A DNA stretch of 64,000 bases from Dehalococcoidia bacterium (GTDB lineage Bacteria > Chloroflexota > Dehalococcoidia > UBA2979): assembly GCA_964291495.2 (NCBI GenBank), contig OZ219871.1:1568001-1632000 (forward strand). Direction: 5' to 3'. Shown piece after piece: positions 16,915 to 25,003 of this stretch. How positions within the stretch are numbered: position 1 is the first letter of the stretch; each line of letters opens with the position of its first letter. The notes under the pieces were generated by a model. That model did no database searches. It saw only the letters and a list, made by a program, of their open reading frames with translations, and had not been told where the DNA came from. A program made the position numbers and the translations under genes.

Positions 16915-19290
16915 CTACGGCGTCGGCGACCAGGAGGGGAGCGTGCCGATCTCGCCCGCCGCCTCGAGGGCGTCGAGTTCGTCCTCGCCGACGCCGAGCA
17001 GATCGGACAGCACCTCGCGGTTGTGTTCGCCGAGCAGCGGCGCGACGCGGCGGTGGGCGACGGGGAAGGCGCTGAAGCGGAAGGGGAAGGTCTTGTAGAG
17101 GTGCGTGCCGGTGATCTCGCGCGTCAGCTCCTGGAAGAAGCCGAAGTGCCGCAGGCCCGGGTCCTCGGTCAGCTTGTGCGGCGGCGTGACGCGGCAGCCG
17201 GCCACGCCCATCGCCTGCAACGCGGCCTCCAGCTCGACGGCGTCGCGCTCGCGCACGGCGCCCGCGACGAGCGCGTCGAGCTCGGCCTCGTTGGCCTTGC
17301 GCGCCGCAGGGCTCGCGAAGCGCTCGTCCTCCGCCCACCCGGTCTGCCCGAGGGCGCTCGCGAGGGCGGCGAACTCCGCGTCGCCGTCGACGGCAATGCT
17401 GATCCACTCGTCCTCGCCGGCGGTTCGGTAGACCTCGTGCGGGGCCATGCGGTCGTGCTTGTTGCCGCACAGGCCGGGGTCGGGCGCGCCGTGCTGCACG
17501 GCGACGTGCTCCGGTCCCAACATCGCGTCCAGCGCCTCGCATTGGGGCACCTCGACCGTGGTCCCGAGGCCGGACTGCTCGCGGTGGCGCAGCGCCAGTA
17601 GCACGGCGACGACGGCGTTCATGCCGACGATCGGGTCGCAGGCGCCGCCGATCAGGCGCGGCTGATCGTCGTCGGGGTAGCCGTTCATCGCGCCGACCAC
17701 CGCCTGCTCGAAGGTGCTGCCGAAGCCGACGAAGTCACCCCAGGGGCCGTCCGGGCCGTAGCCCGGCATCGTGATGCTGATCAGCCGCGGGTTGATCTCG
17801 TGCAAGCGCTCCGAGGTGTAGCCGAGGTTGGGCAGCACGCGATTGGAGAAGTTGCTGATCACCACGTCGCCCTCGCGCAGCAGCCGCTCGAAGAGCCCCC
17901 GGCCCGTCTCGGTGTTGAGGTCGAGCGTGAGCCCGCGCTTGTTCTGGTTGGAGTCGTTCCAGAGGTAGTTGCGCTCCCAGCTGAGCTCCTGCCCGGCCGA
18001 GGCGCCGGTGAAGCGATAGGAGTCCGGCCGGCTCACGGACTCGACCTTGATCACGTCCGCCCCGAAGGCCCCGAGGTTCATCGTTGCGTGGGGGCCGGAC
18101 CAGAACCAGGTCAGGTCGATCACGCGCACGCCCTCGAGCGGCAGCGCCGGCGGATCGGCTTCCGGCTCGGCGGCGTCGCCGGGGGTGAAGCGCGCGCGTT
18201 GCTCCTCGACGGCCGCGCCGCGCGGCAGCGTGGGGGCGCCGGCGATGCGGTAGGGCACGCGCGGCGCCTGCAGCGTCACCCCGTCGACGACGGCGCGCTC
18301 GAAGAAGCCGCGCGCCGCCAGGTGTGCGTCGGTCAGGCGCTGCGACACCGTGTCGCAGGGCCCCGAGGGCACGCGCACGGCCTGGCCGGCCATGTAGACC
18401 TGCTCGCGCGTGCGCGCCTCGTACCAGCCGCGGACGCGCTCCCACAGCGCCGCGCCGTGCTGCTGCCGGTCGGCCAGCTCGCGCCCGCCCGGCTCGTCGA
18501 GCACGTCGGCGATGCCGGTCAGCTCGCAGAGCGAGGCCCAGTGCTGGTGGGTGAGCGGGAGGATGCCGACGTGGCCGTCCTTGCAGCGCACGGAGCTGTT
18601 CGGCCAGGTCGCCGCGCGGCGGAAGCCCGCGTTCCCGAACATGCTCCAGGCCAGCCACGGGCTCGTCAGCAGCGAGGCGGCGACCGCCTGCGCCGAGACC
18701 TCGACGAACGAGGGCGCAGCGCCGCTCTCGCGGTGGCGCAGCGCGAACAGCGAGGCGGCGAGCGTGTGCAGCCCCGTCGCGCGGGTGCCGAGGTCGCCCG
18801 CCGGGCGCAGCGGGTAGCGGTCGGGCGCGCCGAGCATCCCCGTCCAGCCGCCCAGCGAGCAGATTCCCATGTCCGTCGCGCGGTAGTGCGCGTACGGCCC
18901 GTCCGGCGCGAAGGCGGCGATGCGCACGACGACGGTCTCGCCCTCGAGGGCGGGCCGGACCTCGGAAGGGTCGAGGCCGAGAAGGGCGGCCAGCGGCTCG
19001 TGCTCGGCGACGACGAGGTCGGCCTCGCGGCAGAGCGCGAGCGCGTCCTCGGGCGTCGTCGCCTGGCCGGGCCCAACGGCGACGACGGTCTTGCCGCGCG
19101 AGAGCCACTGCCAGGTCGCGCTGCGGCGCTCGCCGTCGCGCTCGTACCAGGGCGGCTCGTGGCGCAGCGGCGTGCCCTCGGGCGGCTCGAGGACGACGAC
19201 GTTCGCGCCCCAGTCGGCGAGCCCGGTCGCCGCCCACGCGGCGGCCCCGCTCGCTGACACCTCGACGACGTTGAGCCCTCGCAGCAGCAT
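16915..19290 (-). CDS. Double-domain family III CoA transferase (CaiB/BaiF x2)
   Basis: Two repeats: LRGLNVVE..LADWGANVV.LEPP and PLEGVRVIDL..GADVIKVES..NQNKRGLTLDL. Confidence 0.9.
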   Translation of the reverse strand: MLLRGLNVVEVSASGAAAWAATGLADWGANVVVLEPPEGTPLRHEPPWYERDGERRSATWQWLSRGKTVVAVGPGQATTPEDALALCREADLVVAEHEPLAALLGLDPSEVRPALEGETVVVRIAAFAPDGPYAHYRATDMGICSLGGWTGMLGAPDRYPLRPAGDLGTRATGLHTLAASLFALRHRESGAAPSFVEVSAQAVAASLLTSPWLAWSMFGNAGFRRAATWPNSSVRCKDGHVGILPLTHQHWASLCELTGIADVLDEPGGRELADRQQHGAALWERVRGWYEARTREQVYMAGQAVRVPSGPCDTVSQRLTDAHLAARGFFERAVVDGVTLQAPRVPYRIAGAPTLPRGAAVEEQRARFTPGDAAEPEADPPALPLEGVRVIDLTWFWSGPHATMNLGAFGADVIKVESVSRPDSYRFTGASAGQELSWERNYLWNDSNQNKRGLTLDLNTETGRGLFERLLREGDVVISNFSNRVLPNLGYTSERLHEINPRLISITMPGYGPDGPWGDFVGFGSTFEQAVVGAMNGYPDDDQPRLIGGACDPIVGMNAVVAVLLALRHREQSGLGTTVEVPQCEALDAMLGPEHVAVQHGAPDPGLCGNKHDRMAPHEVYRTAGEDEWISIAVDGDAEFAALASALGQTGWAEDERFASPAARKANEAELDALVAGAVRERDAVELEAALQAMGVAGCRVTPPHKLTEDPGLRHFGFFQELTREITGTHLYKTFPFRFSAFPVAHRRVAPLLGEHNREVLSDLLGVGEDELDALEAAGEIGTLPSWSPTP

Positions 19291-19364
19291 CTCGCCCCCG
19301 CCGGCGCCGCGTGCCGGGCGCCGCGGCGATGATAGCGACTCGCGCGGGCGCGGGGCGCGGTTGC

Positions 19365-19396
19365 TACGTGGGCCGCGTGGACTTGCCGCCGTGGAC
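19365..19396 (-). repeat. 32-bp direct repeat: orphan copy of the 3' end of the RM gene
   Basis: 31/32 identical to 20410-20441; encodes VHGGKSTRPT-stop. Confidence 0.9.
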
Positions 19397-19439
19397 CGCC
19401 GAGTAGCCGGTCGTGGCCCGGGCCATCAACGAACTCGCG

Positions 19440-19805
19440 TTAGCGGGCCTCGATGACGACGCGCCCACCGTCCTCGACCTCGACGTACAGGTTGTAGCCG
19501 TCGAGCAGCCGCATTCCGACGAGCGGCGTCGTGTCGGCGGCATCCGCCTCCACGTACCTGGTCCTGCCATCCCAGAGGACGGCTACGCGATAGTAAGGGA
19601 ACGTCGTCTCACTGCCATCTGCGAGCGTCGCGCGGGCAGTACCCTCGAACGGCAGTGCCAGCTCCACTGCCAACGCCGGAGTCACCGTCAGGAATCCCGT
19701 GAAGCCGGTGTCGACTACGGCTGCGATCTCCTGCGCCTCGCCAGCCAGCCCCTCGAGGGAAATGGTGAGCACCGCCTCATGGGCGGCGTTCACCGCGCCT
19801 TCCAT
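19440..19805 (-). CDS. Clan AA (retropepsin-like) aspartic protease
   Basis: AVVDTGFTG catalytic motif, LADGS flap, PLVGMRLL. Confidence 0.85.
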   Translation of the reverse strand: MEGAVNAAHEAVLTISLEGLAGEAQEIAAVVDTGFTGFLTVTPALAVELALPFEGTARATLADGSETTFPYYRVAVLWDGRTRYVEADAADTTPLVGMRLLDGYNLYVEVEDGGRVVIEAR

Positions 19806-20074
19806 CACTTCGGCTTCCGCAGTGGGCGACCACCGAAGTGATGCAGTGCCCGATGCCCCACCCGGAGCAGCCACACGTCAATCGCGTCCGGACGCTTCGT
19901 ACGGAGGCGATCCCGCGCAACGATCACGGTGTCGCCGATGGCCCAGATCGCGGTCTCCACGTCGATGGCGACGACTTCGCCGTGATGCTCGGCCTCGACC
20001 TCGTGCCGGATGTCGCGCTCGTAGATCTCGTCACCGAGGCGAGCGATCTCCTCAGACGGACGGCGAGTCACCAC
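19805..20074 (-). CDS. Small partner protein of the aspartic protease (unknown function)
   Basis: EEIARLGDEIYERDIR..VE..HHGEVVAIDVET; TGATG overlap with the protease; own TATCCT and GGAGG. Confidence 0.75.
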   Translation of the reverse strand: MVTRRPSEEIARLGDEIYERDIRHEVEAEHHGEVVAIDVETAIWAIGDTVIVARDRLRTKRPDAIDVWLLRVGHRALHHFGGRPLRKPK

Positions 20075-20132
20075 GGCGGTCTCCTCCAGGTGCGGACCGG
20101 TTTAGGATAGCAGGGGCGTGTCCCCGTGCGGC

Positions 20133-20378
20133 TCAGGTCAGCAGTGCACCGACGGCGATCGCGACGTTGAAGATAGTCGCGACAGTGACGACCAAGGTTA
20201 GCCAGAAGATGTACTTGGTGAGGGTCTTCGTGCTCTCAACAATGCGAGATTGTTGTCGGTACCGCAGTTCGTCAAGGTAGTGCTGCAGACCGACGACCGT
20301 GTTCTTGGCGCTTCGATCGTGACGCTCGATCAGTTCGTCGTCATCAAGCTGCCGAAGCTCGGCCATCGTTTCGCTCAT
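20133..20378 (-). CDS. Small hypothetical protein with C-terminal TM helix
   Basis: GGAGG RBS, 81 aa, hydrophobic C-terminus, atypical codon usage. Confidence 0.65.
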   Translation of the reverse strand: MSETMAELRQLDDDELIERHDRSAKNTVVGLQHYLDELRYRQQSRIVESTKTLTKYIFWLTLVVTVATIFNVAIAVGALLT

Positions 20379-20408
20379 CGCGAGCCTCCGTTTCGTTCGA
20401 GGGGATGG

Positions 20409-23342
20409 TTACGTGGGCCGTGTGGACTTGCCGCCGTGGACGGTCGGCTCCGCGCACCACTGCTCGCGCAGCACATCGAGCGGTTCGAGGATCGACTTCG
20501 GCAGTCCGAGCAGGTCGCAGAGCACGGCCTGGTCCAGCGCCTTCCGTGTGTCGTCGCGATAGGCCTCGTTCGCGGGCAGGAGTTCACGCTCCGCGAAGGC
20601 GTCGAATACAGCCTTTGCGTCACCGAGTTGCGCCTCGCTCAGCTTCCGAACGTCCAAGACTGGCAGCGAGGGCAGCGCCGAGACGGTGAGGATTGAGCGG
20701 CCCTGCTGCTGGCGGCCCCCGACCCACCAGAAACAGATGATGCCCGGTGTGGTGTTCGCCCAGAGAACCAGCGCTTCCTCCCGGCGGGCGTCACCATCGA
20801 GAATGAAGTTCGGCCAAGCCCTCCCGCCGATTGAGCGCTCCGGAGTTAAGCACGCCGCAAGACTCTGCGAGTTGAGCCGAAAGTCGCGGTTGAAGTGAAG
20901 CCGCGTCGCCGTCTCCCATGCGCCGGGCGCGTTGTGCTCCTGTCCGGGCCGTACTCGGCCCTCGCTATCCGGTTCAACGACGAGTTGCCGCTCCCGCTCC
21001 GCGTCATGTGCCCAGAGCATCGGGTAGGTGGAAGTTCCCTCACGTCGGTGGACGACTTTGAATGGCCCCTGCGGCGTTCCGTCCAGCTTCGTGCCGTAGA
21101 TGTCAAGGTCATGGAGCCCGTGCACTCCAAGTTCGCCGAGCCTCACTATCGACACGCGAAGTGATTCCTGCATGCGCGGTAGGCGCACGATGCCTTGAGG
21201 CAGGGCCATTGCTGCCTTGGCGACGTCGGGTTCTCGAAGCTGAGCGCATCCGCCGTCGGCGAGGGTAGCGGTGATGCAGCAGCCTGCTACGTCGCCCCCT
21301 ATTTCCAGGAGGCTGCTTCCACTGGATGAGTTGTCGCCGACGATCCGCGCGATCTCCCGCCCTTCGGTGATGTCTCGCGGGCGCGAGTCCAAGTTCGCAT
21401 AGCGAGTGTCCGCGTCCGCATGCCCCGAGTCAGAAGGACTTCGGCTCGTGGCGAGGATGAGTGCCTCACCCATACCCGTGTCGGCTGAGAACGCTCGCTT
21501 GGTCTGCCCGGTGGTTGCGATGGTTACGACTGTCACATCTCGATATTCGCGCGCCAGTAAGGCGCGGGCCGCAGACCACGCTTGACCCGACAGCACGGCA
21601 AGCGGAAGCACCAGAGCAATCGTTCCCCCGGGTCTGACCTTCGCGTGTGCGAGGTCCAAGAAGTTGGACGCGAGCCCAGCATGGCCGTGACTGGCGGGTT
21701 GTTGGAGGCCACTGCGGATGCGCCGTAGCACCTTGGACATTTCTCGCTGTTCGTCGTGGCTCGTCCCGAAGCCTGCGAATGAAGGCACTGGCATCTCGCG
21801 CCCGGCCGCATGGTTCGTCGGACGTATGAACGGTGGATTCATGATCACGAGGTCCGCGGAGCCGTGCGGTAGCCGAATCTCGTCCCCCCGCTGTGTGTGG
21901 TCCTCGACTTCAATCGCGTCGCCGACACCGGTCAGGACGTGCTCGCCGGTCCCGAATAGCGACGGCTGTGCGTCGCTGGCGAGTAGGTCAAGCGACCCGA
22001 TGGCTGCCGGGCGATTCGTGACTTCCTCTTGCTTCCCGTACGGCATGGTGTGGATGCGAGTACGGCCGAACGTCACGGTCGGGTGCGCGCTCGACAGCAT
22101 CGAGGTAGTCAGGTGCGTCGCCGCCGGCATGATGTCGGCCCCGATGAGCGATTCTTCAATCATCGTCTGGTGCAGCTCGGCGTCGTCGCCACCCGCGCGG
22201 CGATGGCGCGCCGCCACGGCGCGGTACGCGGCGGAGAGCAGGACGCCCGTGCCGCACGCGAGATCGGCGATGCGCAGCTTCTTCACCGCCTCCGGGTCCG
22301 CCCAGTCCACGTCCAGCCTCGATACCGCCAGCTCGGCGAGCAGCGCCGCCGATGACGGCAACGTGTAGAACGTCGCGAGGAACTTCCGGTCCGCGATCAA
22401 CCGCCCGAACATCTGCCCCGCGAGGTCCTGCGTGCTGGTCACACCGATGCCGTCAAGCTCGGCGGCGACCGCGTGCAGGCGCTCAAGCAGCGCCGCCGCT
22501 ACTCCGTTTGGGATAGGCAGGAGCACGTCCGAGGCGATCTTGAAGATCGGCCAGTAGTTGATCTCGGTGAGGATATGGCGCCAGGTGGCGAGCACCCTTG
22601 TCTTCAGTAGCTGTCCGCGAGCGCCGCGCAGCTCGTCGAGCGTGGGGATGTCGTGTGCGCCCGCGATGCTGGTATGCACGGTGAGCGCGTTGGCGACGAT
22701 GGCCATCGCCATCCGCGAGGTCTGCTCGCCGTCCTCCTGGTGGAGCGCTTTGGCGATCTGCTCGAGCACGGCGGGTCGGTCGTCTTCGAGGTCGGAACGG
22801 AGGCGGGCAGCGGCCTGTCCCACGCCTTCCTCGAGGATGCGCATGCCCTCGGCGATGCGGCGTTCGGAGAGCGCGGTTTGCTCGATCAAGCCTGCGAGGT
22901 CGTCGATGCTGCCGCTGAGCCAGCCCTCGTTCGGCCAGCGGATGGGGTCGTCGGGCTCGCCTTCGCGGTGACTGAGCGCGCAGTAGCGGAACTCCGCCGC
23001 TGCGATGTGCTCCGCAAGACTGCTCTGGTCGACAGACTTCAGGCGCTCCGGAATGCGCACGGCGATCGCCTGCTCGACCATGTCGCCGCTGTCGGCCATC
23101 ACCATGCCGAGGCGGGCGCGGGCGTCGGCCTCGACGGTGGGCGCGGGGTCGAACTCGGTCTCGACGACCACCGGCGCGCCGCCCGGGTGGCGGATCACGA
23201 TGTCAGGTTGCAGCCCCGGGTGGTCCTGGAAGATGCCGGTCTGTTCCGCGCCGATGCGGTCACCCTCGCGCCAGCGCGGGTGCTTTCCGCGCAGTGCGTT
23301 GGCGAGCTCGACGTTGAAGGCTGTCTCGGTCGTGCGCGGCAT
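20409..23342 (-). CDS. Fused restriction endonuclease/amino-methyltransferase (Type IIG-like), 977 aa
   Basis: N-terminal PD-x13-ETE nuclease-like motif; TFYT, IADLACGTGVLL (motif I), DLVIMNPPF (motif IV); C-terminal TRD-like region; TACAAT 6 nt before ATG. Confidence 0.8.
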   Translation of the reverse strand: MPRTTETAFNVELANALRGKHPRWREGDRIGAEQTGIFQDHPGLQPDIVIRHPGGAPVVVETEFDPAPTVEADARARLGMVMADSGDMVEQAIAVRIPERLKSVDQSSLAEHIAAAEFRYCALSHREGEPDDPIRWPNEGWLSGSIDDLAGLIEQTALSERRIAEGMRILEEGVGQAAARLRSDLEDDRPAVLEQIAKALHQEDGEQTSRMAMAIVANALTVHTSIAGAHDIPTLDELRGARGQLLKTRVLATWRHILTEINYWPIFKIASDVLLPIPNGVAAALLERLHAVAAELDGIGVTSTQDLAGQMFGRLIADRKFLATFYTLPSSAALLAELAVSRLDVDWADPEAVKKLRIADLACGTGVLLSAAYRAVAARHRRAGGDDAELHQTMIEESLIGADIMPAATHLTTSMLSSAHPTVTFGRTRIHTMPYGKQEEVTNRPAAIGSLDLLASDAQPSLFGTGEHVLTGVGDAIEVEDHTQRGDEIRLPHGSADLVIMNPPFIRPTNHAAGREMPVPSFAGFGTSHDEQREMSKVLRRIRSGLQQPASHGHAGLASNFLDLAHAKVRPGGTIALVLPLAVLSGQAWSAARALLAREYRDVTVVTIATTGQTKRAFSADTGMGEALILATSRSPSDSGHADADTRYANLDSRPRDITEGREIARIVGDNSSSGSSLLEIGGDVAGCCITATLADGGCAQLREPDVAKAAMALPQGIVRLPRMQESLRVSIVRLGELGVHGLHDLDIYGTKLDGTPQGPFKVVHRREGTSTYPMLWAHDAERERQLVVEPDSEGRVRPGQEHNAPGAWETATRLHFNRDFRLNSQSLAACLTPERSIGGRAWPNFILDGDARREEALVLWANTTPGIICFWWVGGRQQQGRSILTVSALPSLPVLDVRKLSEAQLGDAKAVFDAFAERELLPANEAYRDDTRKALDQAVLCDLLGLPKSILEPLDVLREQWCAEPTVHGGKSTRPT
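20410..20441 (-). repeat. 32-bp direct repeat (within the RM gene 3' end)
   Basis: TACGTGGGCCGTGTGGACTTGCCGCCGTGGAC versus the copy at 19365-19396. Confidence 0.9.
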
Positions 23343-23439
23343 TGTTTCATTGTAAGCGTGTGATCGCTTTCGCCGGAGTGCTACCGCATTCGACGCGCTT
23401 GCCCGCCGATGCGATGCTGGCGGACGAGGAGGGTGGAGG

Positions 23440-24468
23440 ATGGCACGCGGGCCGCTGGGGGTAGTGCTGACGGCGGGGCTGGGGACGCGGCTGCGGCCGA
23501 TCACGCCGCATACGCCGAAGCCGCTCGTGCCGCTGCTTAACCGGCCGCTCATCGTCTACGCCCTCGACCTGCTCGCCTCGCTCGGGCTGCGCGAGATCGC
23601 CGTCGTCGTCGGGCCCGAGGACGCGACGACCGCCGAGGTCGCGCGCAGCCATGCACCGCCCGGCGTCATCGTCTCCGAGGCCGTGCAGCACGAGCCGAAT
23701 GGGCCGGGCGACGCCGTCGCATCGGTCGGCGCGGCGCTCGAGGACCGGACCGTCGCCGTGCTGGCCGTCGACACGGTGCTGAGGGGCGCCGACCCAGCGC
23801 TGCTGCGCCGCTTCGAGGAGGCGGGCGCGACCGCCGGGCTGCTGCTGCAGGCCGTCGAGGACCCGCGCGCCTTCGGCGTCGCGCTGCTCGAGGGCGATCG
23901 GATCGTGGGCCTCGAGGAGAAGCCGGAGCAGCCGCGCTCCAACCTCGCACTGGTGGGGCTCTGGCTGCTCGCGCCGGCGGCCGTCGAGCGCGTCCGCACC
24001 AACCCCTTCATCAACGTCAAGGGCGAGTCCGACCTCACGGCGACCGTCGCGGTGCTGCTCGAGGAGGGCCGTGACCTGCGCGGCTGGACGCTCGACGGCG
24101 AGTGGCTCGACGGCGGCACGCTGGAAGGGCTGCTGCACGCCCAGTCGCGCCTGCTCCCGGGCATCGAGGCGGGCGACGTCTCCGCCCTCGCCGCTGCGGG
24201 CAACGAGATCAGCGGCGCGGTGCTCGTTGCCGAGGGCGCCCGCGTCCGCGAGTCGCGCATCGCCGGCCCGGCGCTGATCGGCGCGCGCGCGACGGTCGAG
24301 GGCTGCAGCCTCGCCGAGACGGTTGTCGGCGCGAACGCCGCGATCGAAGATGCCGAGCTCGCCCGCGCCCTCGTCGAGCCGGGCGCGCGGCTGAGCGGCG
24401 GCAGCTACGCCGACGTGGTCGTGACCGCCGCCGGCGAGGTCGCCGGGCCGGGCCTCGCGGGCGGCTAG
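23440..24468 (+). CDS. Sugar-phosphate nucleotidyltransferase (G1P thymidylyltransferase long-form-like)
   Basis: VLTAGLGTRLRPIT..TPKPLVP, FGV, LEEKP, WLDGGT, C-terminal beta-helix. Confidence 0.88.
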   Translation: MARGPLGVVLTAGLGTRLRPITPHTPKPLVPLLNRPLIVYALDLLASLGLREIAVVVGPEDATTAEVARSHAPPGVIVSEAVQHEPNGPGDAVASVGAALEDRTVAVLAVDTVLRGADPALLRRFEEAGATAGLLLQAVEDPRAFGVALLEGDRIVGLEEKPEQPRSNLALVGLWLLAPAAVERVRTNPFINVKGESDLTATVAVLLEEGRDLRGWTLDGEWLDGGTLEGLLHAQSRLLPGIEAGDVSALAAAGNEISGAVLVAEGARVRESRIAGPALIGARATVEGCSLAETVVGANAAIEDAELARALVEPGARLSGGSYADVVVTAAGEVAGPGLAGG

Positions 24469-24489
24469 GCGCGGCTCCCGTCACGCGCA

Positions 24490-24960
24490 CGTGAGGGCGG
24501 ACAGGCTCCCTCGGCCCGTCATCCGGCTCCTGCCCCGTCATTCCGGCGAAAGCCGGAATCCAGGCACGCCCGCCCACCGCCGTGCCCCCGAGAGCGCCGA
24601 TGGGCGCAGCAGGCTCCGATGGCGCGACGTGGCCCGGAGGCGCCCTCACCCTCCGCCCTCTCCCTCGGGGAGAGGGGACGGACCGGGCTCGAAGCGACGT
24701 TGCGCCCTCGAAGTCCCGGCGGGGGCGTGGGGGCGAAGCCCCCAAAAAAGAAATCCGAGGGCGGGTGGGTGGGCACGAGCCGCGCGGAGCGCGTGCTCGT
24801 TCCGACTTCCGCCGGGCAGGTGCCCCGAGGGCGCAACAACCCCTTGAGCCGGGAGCAGCGCCGGCGAGCCCCCTCACCCCCACCCTCTCCCCCAGGAGAG
24901 GGGGCCGGAGGGGACCGGACCGGCCTCCGGGCTTACCGCTCTCCCCCACCCCACCCTGTC
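24490..24960. repeat. Mosaic repeat cluster (B, A, C, D)
   Basis: B 24537-24563; A 24643-24677; C 24721-24840; D/A 24831-24908. Confidence 0.85.
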
Positions 24961-25003
24961 ACCACGTGAGAGGCGCAACAGCGTCCGGTGCTAGACTCGC
25001 TGC

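Noticed and set aside
19364-19570. 68-aa ORF ending in VHGGKSTRPT
   Set aside because: Mostly an alternate frame of the protease gene. Only the last 10 codons are the duplicated RM end.
19365-20441. Cassette as an integron gene cassette or IS
   Set aside because: No attC-like GTTRRRY/RYYYAAC palindromes, terminal inverted repeats, integrase or transposase seen.
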